From assembly GCA_950097015.1 (NCBI GenBank), contig CATNEN010000041.1, positions 3,646,386 to 3,710,385 of the forward strand: a stretch of DNA of 64,000 nt, given 5' to 3'. The notes under the pieces were generated by a model, which worked only from the letters and a program-made list of their open reading frames with translations, was not told the origin of the DNA and did not search any database. The position numbers and the translations under genes are program-made. Shown here piece by piece: positions 1 to 11,180 of this stretch (its first letter is position 1; every line of letters begins with the position of its first letter). This DNA is from Macrostomum hystrix (Eukaryota > Animalia > Platyhelminthes).

Positions 1-321
1 TGTAGTGCCGCGGGCACTTTGCTCTCTGCTCTTGTTTTGGGCAGTGCTCATGTACCTGACCTGCGTCTGCAGGGTCTGGCCGGTTTGGGCCAGTTGCGCC
101 CCACCCCATTGGCGTGTTTATTTTACTTTGCTCTCTGCGCTTGTGTTGTCGGGTGCTCATTGGCTGCCGGGCTCTATTTTCTCTCCCTCGCTCTTGAGCC
201 CTGTTTTCTCGGTACCCGCGGTAAGCACTGATTAACTCAGTCAGTGGCTGCCGTGCCACAGCTTTTCTACCCCTCTCCCCCTGTCGGGGTTATTTATTGT
301 GTGCCGCGAAGCTTGGGTACA
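1..321 (-). repeat. Possible LTR (TGTA...TACA) with adjacent polypurine tract
   Basis: Window starts TGTAGT; segment ends GGGTACA at 321, followed by a pyrimidine run (about 327-343) that reads as a PPT on the minus strand. No partner LTR in the window. Confidence 0.3.
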
Positions 322-1149
322 GCGACCCTTCTCCTCCCCTCTCGCCTGTCTTCGCGCGTGAGAACTGAAGATCTATAAGCGACAATAGCTATAGCGAGGA
401 AACTAATTAAGTGTAGTTTCTGTTCTTTTGACTGAAGAGTTCACGTGAGGCTACTCACGAAGATAGACAGTTATCTGAAGTTAGTCAGTCTCTTGCTGCG
501 AAGACTTGATTCTTTGATTACCCGTCGAGCCTGTGAGTAAACTTCAGCATCCGACTGTGTCACTCTAAATAGAGACGAACCACGCGACGACTTCGGCAGC
601 CGGTAAGCAACGTCTTTGAGTTAGTCCTTTTCTCGGGAGCTGTCAGACTCGCCTCAGTTAGGAGCTGCGTGCCAGAGCGTCATCACGCCGGTAGTTGAGT
701 GTGGCTGTGTGCTCATTTCGGTATATCACTATACTCTTACTAATACTTATTAGTAGTACGGACTATAGAAGCGCTAGTGAGTGTCACTGCACCACTTGCC
801 GCAGCGCAAAGTCTGAGCGCCATAGCGCCAGGCCTAGCAACTCTTATCGCAGGGCGTCACAACGCCTGCCCGTAACCATAGTCACACGAGGCAGAGCGTC
901 ACAACGCCTGTCGAGTACCATTCACCCTAATAGTACCACGGGCTGGGAACCCAACCGTCCCGTAGTCACTACACACTATTAAATTACGTCTTGATTAAGT
1001 CTTAAATGTCTTGATTGCTCATTCATTACAATTTTTTTTTGGAATTAACTTACAGATGCAGGGTATTCCATAGCAGCGTGCTTACTATTAGCTGCCAATC
1101 ATCGGCTACCATCTCTTTCCAAGAACATTTAAAAACTATTTTATTGGTT

Positions 1150-1790
1150 TTATTGACTTGACTTACTTGACTTAGCGGCAGGGAGCCTCCATGACGGACG
1201 CAGCGAGGAGGCGGTCGGTGCCGCCCATATCGCTAACCCCTGGCAGCCGGACGGCCTCCAGCGAGGTGGTGCCGCTCAGGGTGGTCCGTCGGTCGGTTCC
1301 GCCGCGCGATCCCCCTCGCCATAGGCTGGGAAGAAATCAGCTCGGCCGGTATCCCGAAGGAAGTGGGCGAGCTGTGGAATGCTCTCGGGCGAGCAGAGCA
1401 GGCTTCGACTAGGGTCGGTGCCGGCCCGAGATGTTTTAGCCTAGCCCGGGTGAAGGCCGGGCAGTGGCAGATGAAATGCTCGGCGTTTTCACGTCCGGAG
1501 CAGCAGAAGGGACACGTTTCCTCCGGCACGTGGCCTTGGAGGTACCGGTGTCTGGTGAAGCAGCCATGTCCCGAGAGGGCCATGGTGACTGCTCTCAGGT
1601 CTCTGCGATTTAGCCTAAGCAAGGCTTTACGAAGGTTACTAGAGGGGGTTGGCACCGCAGCCCTGGACTGGCGACAGTTCAGGGTGCTAGACCACCTCCT
1701 ACGGTGTTGGGTCTCCATCCAGCGGTTGATGTTGGAGTTGACCACAGAAGCGGGGATCGGGGCCTCCGGGCCCGGGCCCATCAGGGAGCT
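1150..1790 (-). mobile_element. 3' fragment of an RNase H-bearing non-LTR retrotransposon (I/LOA/R1-like)
   Basis: ORF 1233-1781 has the C-terminal motif LSGHG...CPFC...[11 protein letters not shown]; the minus-strand 3' end has short AAGTC/AAGT repeats at about 1155-1174. Confidence 0.75.
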
Positions 1791-2859
1791 GGCTGCGCCA
1801 GCCGCAGATGGTAATATTACTGTCGCACATATATTTTAATACATCTGTGTATAGATTCCATACTAACACTAACAGAAAGCATGTACACGTAGCTTATTCA
1901 AAGCACGTCTGCATGAGCAGTTTCTCAAATGTAAAATGACAACTTGCATTCATATAATAAGTCTTATACATAATATATAGGTTCAGTATAGTTTTGCAAA
2001 GTATTAGCACCTAGCATAATGGCAGTAATTAGTCACCAGAATTAATGACATTAAAGACTACTAGTAGCTGTCACTGCCCGCGAGCAGGGCCAGTTCAATT
2101 GGATCCTGGGTTTGAAGCTGTTGAGACGGACATCCCCCGATTTCGTCGATGGATGCGAATAATTCCAGGATCTTAAGCTGCATCCTGGAGCTATGCGGTC
2201 TGTAACATACTAAAACTGGGGAACGAAACTCGCGCTGGCAGACCGAGACCGGTTTCTGGCTTGTTTGCCTTCGTCAGTCAGCCATAGCCACACGCAGTCC
2301 TCTCCCACCACTCTTAGTGTGCACAGAAGTCTCTTTTAAGCTAGCCATTTTTATGGCGATATTTTTTAGTGTTATGTGAGAGTTTTGCAGCCAAGTATTT
2401 GCTTTTCTACTGTTGTCAGTAGTCTGAATTGTATCTCTCACACGGTCGTTACTTCGGGTGACGACCGCACAGGCACCTCAGTTTTGCAGCAATCATGCGA
2501 CCGAACAAACCGCTTTCGTCCTCGGCCTCATGGTTAGCCTTGACTAGAAGAACAGTCAGCTGTTCATCCGCCTGCTCGCGTCTACTGCAAGCAATGCTTC
2601 CCTCAGGCTGGCGTCGCTTTCGCGAAAACGGTTCTTTCTGCCTTTTTGAGTTATCTGGGGACGCTTGTCAGTTTCGTCCGCTAAAAAACCATTAGCCAAC
2701 AGGGCCAAAAGCAGCAAGAGGGATGGCACAGGCGTGGCGACAAAGGCAGCGGACGAACGAGTCCTGCCATAGCGAATATACGAGCGTATTTTAGGATTTG
2801 GGGCGACACGAAGGAAGGATTAAAAGGGAAGTCACGAAGCAACGGAATGAAAGCAATAC

Positions 2860-3096
2860 AAAAAATTTTACGAGCCAGAGCGCTCACGCAGCACGCACGA
2901 GAGCGTGAGCGCACAAATAAAAGTGGGGCCGACGCCGCCACCCCCCAACCAAACCACCCCAACTGCCGGCCGGCACCCAGCACCCCACCTTGTGGCAGGG
3001 ATGCACACGCGCAGGCCGCACGCACAGACAGGCGGAGGGTCGGCCCAGTCGGCTAAACACGATTACAGAGCCAGTTAAAACCGGCCCCGAAATCGC
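2860..3096 (-). repeat. Direct repeat A2 of the Ngaro-like element
   Basis: About 95% identical to 6795-7032 by eye; overlaps the last codons and stop of the YR ORF. Confidence 0.9.
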
Positions 3097-5804
3097 TCAA
3101 CCGAAGGTGGCAGGTACCGCCCTACAGCGCTGCTTGCCCAGTCACCGACTCGCATGATTGAATCGATGGGGATGCTGGCCTCCGCCGCGGATGTAGCGCC
3201 ACCTCGACGCAACGAGTGCCCAGAGAACCTGGCTGGCTCGGCGAACCCAGCCTGTCGAAGTGCTGTGGACAGGCGCCTCGCGAAGGTGCGCGCGGTGAGC
3301 GGCGCGGTGGACCGTCCGGTTCGGGTACTAGACAGGTGATGCTGGGCGTCCTGCGGTCGGTTAATGCGCAGCTGCTTCTGGAGCGCGGTGATCGGGCAGA
3401 GTGGATGTCCATCTGGGAGCTGCGGCAAGAAAACTCGGTGCTGGCGCGCCCCGAACTGGTTGGTCTTCGACCTCGGAATGACGAGGATGACGCCGGCCCT
3501 TGACGGCCGGATGCAGCTCGCGCTGAGGTCTCGCTGCGGATCGAACCGGCCAGATACGCAAAGGTTGGCTAGCCGCAGCATGGCCCACCAGCCCACGATG
3601 CAGGCACACCAGAATGCGCAGTCCCTGGGCTCTTCAGGTCGCAGCACGCCGTGCAGCCGCTGCAGGTCGGCCGGCCGCAACGCTTGTTTGCTCCTTGGGG
3701 CGGCGCCGAGGAGCCGACGGGCGCCGCGCAGGGCCAGCTGAACCAGTGGCTGCCTCGTCGGGTCAGCCACGCTGTTTGATTTGTAGAGCCAAGACACGGC
3801 GGCGAGGTGACAGGATAGGCTGCTGACGGAGAACAGCCGGTTGTTCGCCAGCTCCGCCAGGTAGTTGCACACGTCGGCGGGCTGCGCTGAAAGCGGTTGA
3901 AGTCTATGGGCGGCGCAGAATCGCATCCAGAACGCGCACTGGCTGGCGTAGGCGGAGCGAGTTGAGCTGGCGAAGCCTTGGCTGAGCAGTCGACGTGCCG
4001 GCGCGGAGAGGCCGGGAACCGGGACCACAGGAGGCGGACCTGAAACAAAAGGTGGGAGGCAGCGGCAGAACTCAAGCAAGTGGAGGCAAGCAAGCTGGTT
4101 GGCACATAGCAGGTGCCATAGAAGCGAAACAAAGTTGGCAAGCTGGCTGGGGTCATGCGCTCTGGACAGCGGGTTGGCGAGCAGCTGGAAGCGGCCAGGC
4201 ACATGGTGCGCGCGGACGATGATGTCGCGTTGAATGCAGGTCAGGGCGACGCGCTTCTGCAGGTCGGCAATACCTTGGTGCTTGGCGGAGCCCGAGTTAA
4301 TGATGCCGCAGGCGGCGGTGCTGTCAGTGTAGACTGCAACCGAGCAGCCGCTGAAGGCTTCTTGGTGCTGCAGAATCGCAACCAGCGGGGCGGCGCACTC
4401 CTTGAGGTTGATGTGCAGCTCCTTGAACGCGCCATCACAATCGGACTGCCAGTCGATGTAGAGCCAAACCGGTTCTCTGTCGACGAAATGCAGCACAGCA
4501 CCATCTCCCATGTCACAGGCGTCAGACTCAATCGCTCCAGCCGGCCGACGCGAGGGCCAGGCAGCTCTAGGCGGCAGCGTGCTCAAGGCGGTCATCCACC
4601 ACCTCAACTGCGACTGGAGGTCTTCCGTGACGCCGATCCTGTCGGACGGATGCACCAGGCTATTGACCAGCTCAATCAGCGGCCGCAGGAAAGTTCGCCC
4701 GTGCTGGGCGGCCGTGCACAGGTGGCTGAGGTGCCCGAGCAGCTTCTGCAGTTCAGACTTGCACTGGCTCCTCCGCGAGAGGCAGGTGTCAAGGAGAAGC
4801 TGAAGCTTTTCGGCTTTGTCGGCTGGGAAGGAAAGACTGGCTTGCACGGTGTCGATGTCAATGCCGAGGAACTGCAGCTTTGTCGTCGGCGGCACAGACT
4901 TTTTCTCGTTGATGATGAAGCCAAGCTTGTTGAGCAGGTTGCGCAGCTCGTGGTAGGCCCTGTCGCACTCGGCTTTCGTCCTGGCCATGACGAGGAAGTC
5001 ATCGATGAAAACGACGGTTGCCAGGAAACCCTTGCGACACATCATTCGTCGGGCCGCTTGCGCGAGGCGATGGAAAATGCTGACGGAGGCTCTGCTGCCG
5101 AATGGTAACCGCGTATCCACCAGGAAGGTTGAGCAGCCGTTGCCGAAGTCCCAGTGGATGCCGGTGGCTTGGTAGCACTGCGGAGAAATTGGCACGCTGC
5201 GGTAGGCTGACGCGATGTCCACCTTTGCCATGAACCAGCCAGGCTGCATCATCCTGACGGCCTCGTCGAAGGAGGTGAAGCGGAGACGTCGTTGTTGGGC
5301 ATAGTGATCGTTCAGGCTGCAGCCGCGAGGGACGGAGCAATCATGGATTAGCCGGATGCCGGAGCTGTCTTTCGGAATGGCTCCCAGCGGACAGACCATC
5401 GAAGGCTTGTCCACGACTGGGACGTACCTCCCGAGCCGGATTTCTTCTTCGATAACAGCTTGGACTTGGTCGCGATTCCGGTTGACGGACTGGTAGTTGC
5501 TGCAGAAACAAGGTGTAAAATCGAAGTCATCAACAATGGAGAAGCCACTCTCGATTCCGTCGAGAATAAAATCAGCGTCGGGGTCGCCAACAAGCTCGGA
5601 GCGCCAGGCGTCGATGCGGAGATCACCCACTGGCTGCGTCAGATCGGACATCCGCGCTGGAGGCTTGACGATGCAGGGCACGGGAGCGGGCTCAGCGAGG
5701 CAGTTAAAAGCAGGAGGCGTAAAATAGGTTCCGTCTCGGCGCGCTTGCTCAGTTTTTTGCGTGATTCTGCTCGGAGTGGCTGCCCTCACAGATTCGGCAG
5801 GCAC
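3075..5804 (-). CDS. Ngaro-type RT - RNase H - tyrosine recombinase, one 909-aa ORF
   Basis: RT motifs IRLIHDCS, AKVDIASAYRSVP, LPFG, FIDDFL, LQFLGI; RNase H ESDAC...YTDS...HHVPG...LSR; YR MLRLANL, PRSKTNQ, FSGHSLRRGGAT, VGDWASSAVGRY. Confidence 0.9.
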   Translation of the reverse strand: MPAESVRAATPSRITQKTEQARRDGTYFTPPAFNCLAEPAPVPCIVKPPARMSDLTQPVGDLRIDAWRSELVGDPDADFILDGIESGFSIVDDFDFTPCFCSNYQSVNRNRDQVQAVIEEEIRLGRYVPVVDKPSMVCPLGAIPKDSSGIRLIHDCSVPRGCSLNDHYAQQRRLRFTSFDEAVRMMQPGWFMAKVDIASAYRSVPISPQCYQATGIHWDFGNGCSTFLVDTRLPFGSRASVSIFHRLAQAARRMMCRKGFLATVVFIDDFLVMARTKAECDRAYHELRNLLNKLGFIINEKKSVPPTTKLQFLGIDIDTVQASLSFPADKAEKLQLLLDTCLSRRSQCKSELQKLLGHLSHLCTAAQHGRTFLRPLIELVNSLVHPSDRIGVTEDLQSQLRWWMTALSTLPPRAAWPSRRPAGAIESDACDMGDGAVLHFVDREPVWLYIDWQSDCDGAFKELHINLKECAAPLVAILQHQEAFSGCSVAVYTDSTAACGIINSGSAKHQGIADLQKRVALTCIQRDIIVRAHHVPGRFQLLANPLSRAHDPSQLANFVSLLWHLLCANQLACLHLLEFCRCLPPFVSGPPPVVPVPGLSAPARRLLSQGFASSTRSAYASQCAFWMRFCAAHRLQPLSAQPADVCNYLAELANNRLFSVSSLSCHLAAVSWLYKSNSVADPTRQPLVQLALRGARRLLGAAPRSKQALRPADLQRLHGVLRPEEPRDCAFWCACIVGWWAMLRLANLCVSGRFDPQRDLSASCIRPSRAGVILVIPRSKTNQFGARQHRVFLPQLPDGHPLCPITALQKQLRINRPQDAQHHLSSTRTGRSTAPLTARTFARRLSTALRQAGFAEPARFSGHSLRRGGATSAAEASIPIDSIMRVGDWASSAVGRYLPPSVERFRGRF

Positions 5805-6777
5805 GGAGGAATCGGCAATTGTTCCTCATGCAGCCGTTGGTGCTGTTGAAGGACAAGCACAGCTCACGGCCTGAGGATGTCCGCGGACCCATGACGCGGC
5901 TCTTGTTGCTAGGCTGGTTTCGCTTGGCTGTTTGGTTGTACTGGTCCGTCTTAATGCTGAGCAGGTGCCTGATCGACATCTGGGCGCAGTCGTTGCCCCA
6001 GCGAAGGCTGTTGGCTGCGCGGTGCTGTCGGTAGTCATGGTCGAATCTGATCACCCGGTGCGCCGGGAATCTGTCGAATAGCTCGGCCACCTGGACATTG
6101 TACTGGGCGTAGTCTTTAACTTGCTCAGTTGTGCTGTACACCTGGCCCTTGCTGGTCACCTGCGGCGCTGAGTTTTCAAGCATCTGAAGCAGGATCTTCA
6201 TGCTGCCGGCCAACCACTGTCCAACTGTCGTGCCGTCCAGCTTGGTCGTCGACTTCTTGAGCACGAGGCCGCCAGAGCTGCCCCGGGTGAGCAACTCGTC
6301 AGCCTGGCCTGACAGATCATCGACAAAGTCTCTGACGAGCAGACACGGCTGCCCGAACGGCCGGGGGTTGGCTCTAGCGCTGACGGGGCCTGTTGGGTTG
6401 AGAAGTTCAGCAAAGAGATTCTGCTGCTCACCTGATAATGTACGAGCAGTCACGACGGCGCGTTCCCGAAGCTCTCGCTCGTGTGTTTGAAGCTCTAGGA
6501 GCTGCAGCCGTTTCTGCGCCCGCCGAATCTCACCGTCCAGGTCCGCCTCCCGTGGGTCCCGGCCTTGGTCTTGGGGCTACTCCTGCGCACAGGGCGATGC
6601 CGATGCCGATGTCGATGCCGAATGGTTCAGGTGCGTCCCGCCGTCTTGAGGCTGTGACTGCCCCTCGTGTTGTCTCAATCTGGCTTGCAGGGCCGACTTA
6701 TTGCCTGCGGTTGAAAGCCCTCGGCTACCCAGCTTATTCTTGAGTTGTCTGACTGTTAGTCGGTCCACACGGTGCAT
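5749..6777 (-). pseudogene. Ngaro gag with N-terminal SAP motif, interrupted by one in-frame TAG (6577-6579)
   Basis: ATG at 6777 opens MHRVDRLTVRQLKNKLGSRGLSTAGNKSALQARL (SAP-like). Manual translation past the TAG stays open (PQDQGRDPREADLDGEIRRAQKRLQLLELQ...) and joins ORF 5749-6453 (VIRFDHDYR...RWG, CLSFNSTNGC...C...H). Confidence 0.8.
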
Positions 6778-6794
6778 GATAGCAGGCAGGTGAA

Positions 6795-7032
6795 AAAAAA
6801 TTTTACGAGCCAGAGCGCTCACGCAGCACGCACGAGAGAGCGTGAGAGCACAAATAAAAGTGGGGCCGACGGCGCCAACCCCAACCAAACCACCCCACCT
6901 GCCGGCCGGCACCCAGCACCCCACCTTGCGGCAGGGATGCACACGCGCGAGCCGCACGCACAGACAGGCGGAGGGTCGGCCCAGTCGGCTAAACACGATT
7001 ACAGAGCCAGTTAAAACCGGCCCCGAAATCGC
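6795..7032 (-). repeat. Direct repeat A1 (5' end) of the Ngaro-like element
   Basis: Copy of 2860-3096, flanked on the right by AT-rich sequence. Confidence 0.9.
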
Positions 7033-8828
7033 AACCCATAATTACACTAAAATTACACTAAAATTACACTATATTGCACTACCCTTATGAATACACCATG
7101 TAGTAATACCCTATATTTTAGAGACCTGCAACTGGGCGAGCAGTGGCTTCGTGAAGATGCCCTTCCTGCTACTGTTACCCGAAGTGACGATTGATTTCAG
7201 AAGACATGTCGGCTGGCAGTAGAGAAGAGGCAGACATTAAACGAACTGAATCGTTGCATTGGTATTGTATGGGTTATGATTTCTTAACAACTTCATTTTA
7301 GAAAAGTTATAGCTGTCGTAAAATAGTTGCAAGTATATCAATTACGAGCGTATGGGTATATACCGCATTTCTATTTTGTCTACACCCTTCCCTGGGACAA
7401 TATTCAGACGGATTGGACTAAAAATACTGTATTTGCATAACCACTGACAGACAAGAACAATATAGCTTTGTCGTTGCTTACAAATACTCAGGCTCACACC
7501 GAAGTCGGCTGCTCGACATGAAGGTGGACGAAATCAACCGCGAAATGAAGCGATTGCTTTTGTCCAATGGCAGTCAATATCCGTTGAATCTACTCGAGGA
7601 CGTATCGTCTTCTGTCTACGATCGCCTCGACTGTTACTTTGCCCGACCGCTTCCTATACCGGTCCAGCTTGCTGTTATTGACGTCTTCCTCTTGTCCGTC
7701 CGTTCGGCTGAATAAGTTCAGCGCATTGATGCCGAGCAGCAAGTGCTCTGCAATCCGCCACAGTTGATTCTCGCACCCGACTGTGAAGACTTCAGTGCTT
7801 CCAAGTGTACGACTTCATCTTCGGAATCAGTCTATGGGGTTGACGACAGAACTGAGTCGTCATGTTCAATACAATTCGATTATATTAAATGCGATGTTAC
7901 ATGTACACATGACTGATCTTTGTGGTGCTCCGTGTAAATGAACTTGCGTGGAATATTTACTCGACGCGCGCTATACTATGAGCTACGATCGTATGTACAT
8001 CTGACGGCCACGTACATGTGAGATGATTGAGGTGGGCGTCTCGCCCCAAATATAAAGAACAACGCCCAATCAGGGCTAGCTTCTAAGCGTCGTTTTCACT
8101 GCCAAGTTCTAGCCTCTGTCTTGCAGTAATTACAATCTTATAGTAAGAACTTTATCCAAAGCAAAAACCTATTCGAAAATCGAAAAGTAAGCAAAAATTT
8201 CTGCTCGACCTTGCCTGTTGCAGAAAAGTTTGTGTGTACGGATAGATGTATAGAAGCCGCTGAATTTTACGTTTTAGTTTGAATTTGAATTTTACTACTG
8301 GCAGTATAATAATGTAGAGCGTATAAGGACTTGACTTAAAATGAAATTTGTCGTAAAATTCTTACATTTCCAGATTAACTAAGCATCCCTTGTGTCATAA
8401 TTCTAACTATGCATCTTATTATGTACAATGCTTACGAAAATAATATATACTATGGCCAGGTAAATGGCAAGGCAGCAATATTCATGGCAATGTTTGCACT
8501 CCGCGCCCGTACAGCCGAGACACCTTTTAATTCAAGTCTCTGGAAAACGAGTTCATCATTTGACAAGAATTTTTTTGCACGCTTTGTAGCGTTTATTTAG
8601 TATAATTGTTAGTACGCTCGTAGTTCGTCAGCCGAATCCCAGAGTGATCAAGCTTTGCGCCTGAATAAATTTGACGGAATTATCACCAGTTTATTATTAT
8701 TCTACCCTTGCTTTCTCTTAAATTAGCTTTGATGAAGACGAATCCTATGGAATCACCTGCCAAAGCACTCGGAGTCTGGAGCTCCTAATGACCGCATTGA
8801 ACCTATTCACAGCATCTTTTAGGGTGGT

Positions 8829-9075
8829 GGGACATTGTAGCCTAGCGGTTAGTGTCAGACTCACGACCGAAAGATTTGGTTCGGTTCCCGACCCACTGGA
8901 ACAATTCGTGTCCTTCAGAAAGACACTTAAATCTTCATTGCTTCAGTTGTAAAATGGTCCATACATGGGTACAAACATCAGCTGCATAGGGTAATTGAGG
9001 ATGGATGTGGCGACCCCTCAGTCCTTGCACTGCGATGACTGACTCTCGCCTTATACAGACGGAAGTAATGTTTTA
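8829..9075 (+). mobile_element. tRNA-derived SINE with V-domain-like central motif
   Basis: A-box TAGCCTAGCGG 8838-8848; B-box GGTTCGGTTCCC 8878-8889; GTGTCCTTCAGAAAGACACTT 8908-8928 resembles the V-SINE core GTGTCCTTGAGCAAGGCACTT; AT-rich tail. Confidence 0.65.
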
Positions 9076-9703
9076 TTTGATTTTAAATAATTTAAAAGTA
9101 CATTGAGTCTGTAGCTATTGAATGCCAATTTCTTTAAATATTGTAAGAGTGAGTGAAGCAGCTATGTTCAAACTTAGAATGAATTGTAAATGTGTTGCTA
9201 AGAGCCTTGAAGTATAACTTAAAGTGAGCCCACGAACCGAGTCCATACAGTCATGGCGGTAATTGGGGGGCTCGTATAGAGCCACAGGTCGGATCCGCGG
9301 CGAGCCGACATTAATTAATGTATTAATTAATACATTAATTCGGGGTGCATGTAATTTGCGCCCTTGATCGAGGCAAAGCTCAAAGTGAGTGCACAATTCA
9401 TGACGATGCGAAAGTCTGGGAAGGTCTTCTTGCACCTGTGTGAGCGTATGCCACGTAATCGTACTGTACGAGTATAAATGGATGTGCTGTATCTGTGTTC
9501 TCAGGGCGAGTTGAGACCACATTTAGACCCTTACAGAATGCACTGCGCACCTTACAGGATTACAGGATATATGTAAGATACGAGCTACTTGAGGACTACT
9601 TATGCAGTTGCCATTACTGTCAGTAGTATATGGCTGACCCAATCGATTGAGGTCAAAATCTTTGTCTGAAGTTCTATTGGAAATCAATCTAGAAATAATT
9701 TGG

Positions 9704-10201
9704 TACATGACTGAATTGGTTTGATGACTTAAAACGATTCCTACTCGATTTTTTAAGTACGAGTATTAGCCTGGAAAGTCACCTACAAAAATGACTGAAA
9801 TACATCTGGGAGATACACTACGAATTGGGTGAAATTCTGACGCCGCAGGCTTTCTTATTGACTCCGGTTTTCGACGGGGATCGCTTCTACGTCTATCCCA
9901 GAGTACGGGGCATCAAATCCCACCGAGACCCATCAAAATTAAGGGGCATCCCGAAATCACTTTTGTCAGTGGCACCCCCTCAAAACGACAAGTAGAGCCA
10001 GACAGGGGTATACTGACTTTGAGCGAATCCCATTGAGAACCGCTTCATCTAGAGGCACGTCGGATGTTGTTAATCCCGTCGATAGATCTGAAGCCGTTGT
10101 CCGCTGGCTCATTTGCTAGCGGATCATTTGCTACATGACTGAGTTTGTTTGATGACTTTAAATGATTTCTACTCGACTTTATTAACCTGGAAAGTCACCT
10201 A
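9704..10201. repeat. Pair of 70-82 bp direct repeats flanking a 346-bp spacer
   Basis: TACATGACTGA...TTTGATGACTT...CTACTCGA...CCTGGAAAGTCACCTA at 9704-9785 and 10132-10201. Confidence 0.7.
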
Positions 10202-10353
10202 GTCACACTCACTCAGACTCTAGTAAAATTAAATATTGCGATTTTAAATTTGTTGCGTGTCTTAAGTTGTATACGAGCGTACAATACATGTTTATGTACC
10301 AGAGTTAAGTTAATAAGATATTTTTGCTGAAACATTTTAATATATGTTAAATG

Positions 10354-11180
10354 TTAATTCGAGATCGCAGATCTTAACTGCTTCTTCTTCTTCTTCTGTT
10401 TCAGGGCGCCTCCGTGTGCGGACCAGCCGATGCGGATGGCAGTAAGTTCCGCGGTGAAACTGCTGCACCAGGCAATATTCATCGTGCCTGGCGGCTGCCA
10501 CTGGGCGATAGCTGCCCCGCCTCCGTTGCGATTACCGGCTCCGACCGAGCCGTCCGTCCAGATGACCGCGGGGTCGGATTCAAGTAGCCGGACCGTGTCC
10601 CGGGCTCGCTCCTGCTTCTCGCTGGCGGGCATGTCGCGAGAGATGATGGTGGTCAGGGAGGTGTCGAAAGAAACTCCCGTGCAGTCCGACTCCCAAGGTG
10701 GCGGGCCCAGCGGCTGCGCGGCGCGTGGGTAATTGTTGAGTTGTCCGCTTTGGCCGAGTTCGTTAGCGATGCGGCGCCAGCATCCTCTGATGGGCCGCGC
10801 TGCGTCGGGCTCCAGGCCCGGAGCGCGCCTCTTGGTGGCGGCCGTGGTGGTGGTGTCGCCCTCGGCGTTCTGCTGTGTGGCGGGTGGTGTCCGCGCCGCG
10901 GCTTCGAAGGTGCGGTTCTTCATCCGGGGGCGCGTGTTTCTAGTAGCGATCTGGTGCGCGGGTGCAGCGTCTGGCAGCCGGGCCATACGCTCCAGGAGCA
11001 TGCACGCGCGCTCCATGGCGACGTGACTGACCGGCGGCTGGTTAGCGACGCCGAGCAGGTTCTCGTTGGTCGTCGTCTGGACGCAGCCGCTAATGAGGCG
11101 GGCGCAGGCATTCTGTTGTCTTTCCACGACGAGGTGCGTGCTCGGCTGCTGAGGCTGCTGCTTAACGGACTTGTCCAGAA
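10354..11180 (-). mobile_element. Non-LTR (Ingi/I-like) RT C-terminus to RNase H fragment
   Basis: ERQQNACARLISG...VIWTDGSV...GGAAI...SSFTAELTAI (RNase H motifs); truncated on both sides. Confidence 0.8.

Larger units (their letters stand above)
2690..7032 (-). mobile_element. Ngaro/PAT-like (DIRS order) tyrosine-recombinase retrotransposon
   Basis: gag (SAP + CCCH-like finger), RT-RNaseH-YR ORF, and two about 237-bp direct repeats at 6795-7032 and 2860-3096. Left boundary approximate. Confidence 0.9.

Noticed and set aside
347-975. BEL/Pao-type solo LTR
   Set aside because: TG...CA-like ends are ambiguous, with no TSD or partner found.
7960-7970. CTCGACGCG as another hammerhead
   Set aside because: Lacks the TTTC and TCAG core complements.
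8829-8900. tRNA gene
   Set aside because: A and B boxes are present but no convincing cloverleaf, and it continues into a SINE-like body.
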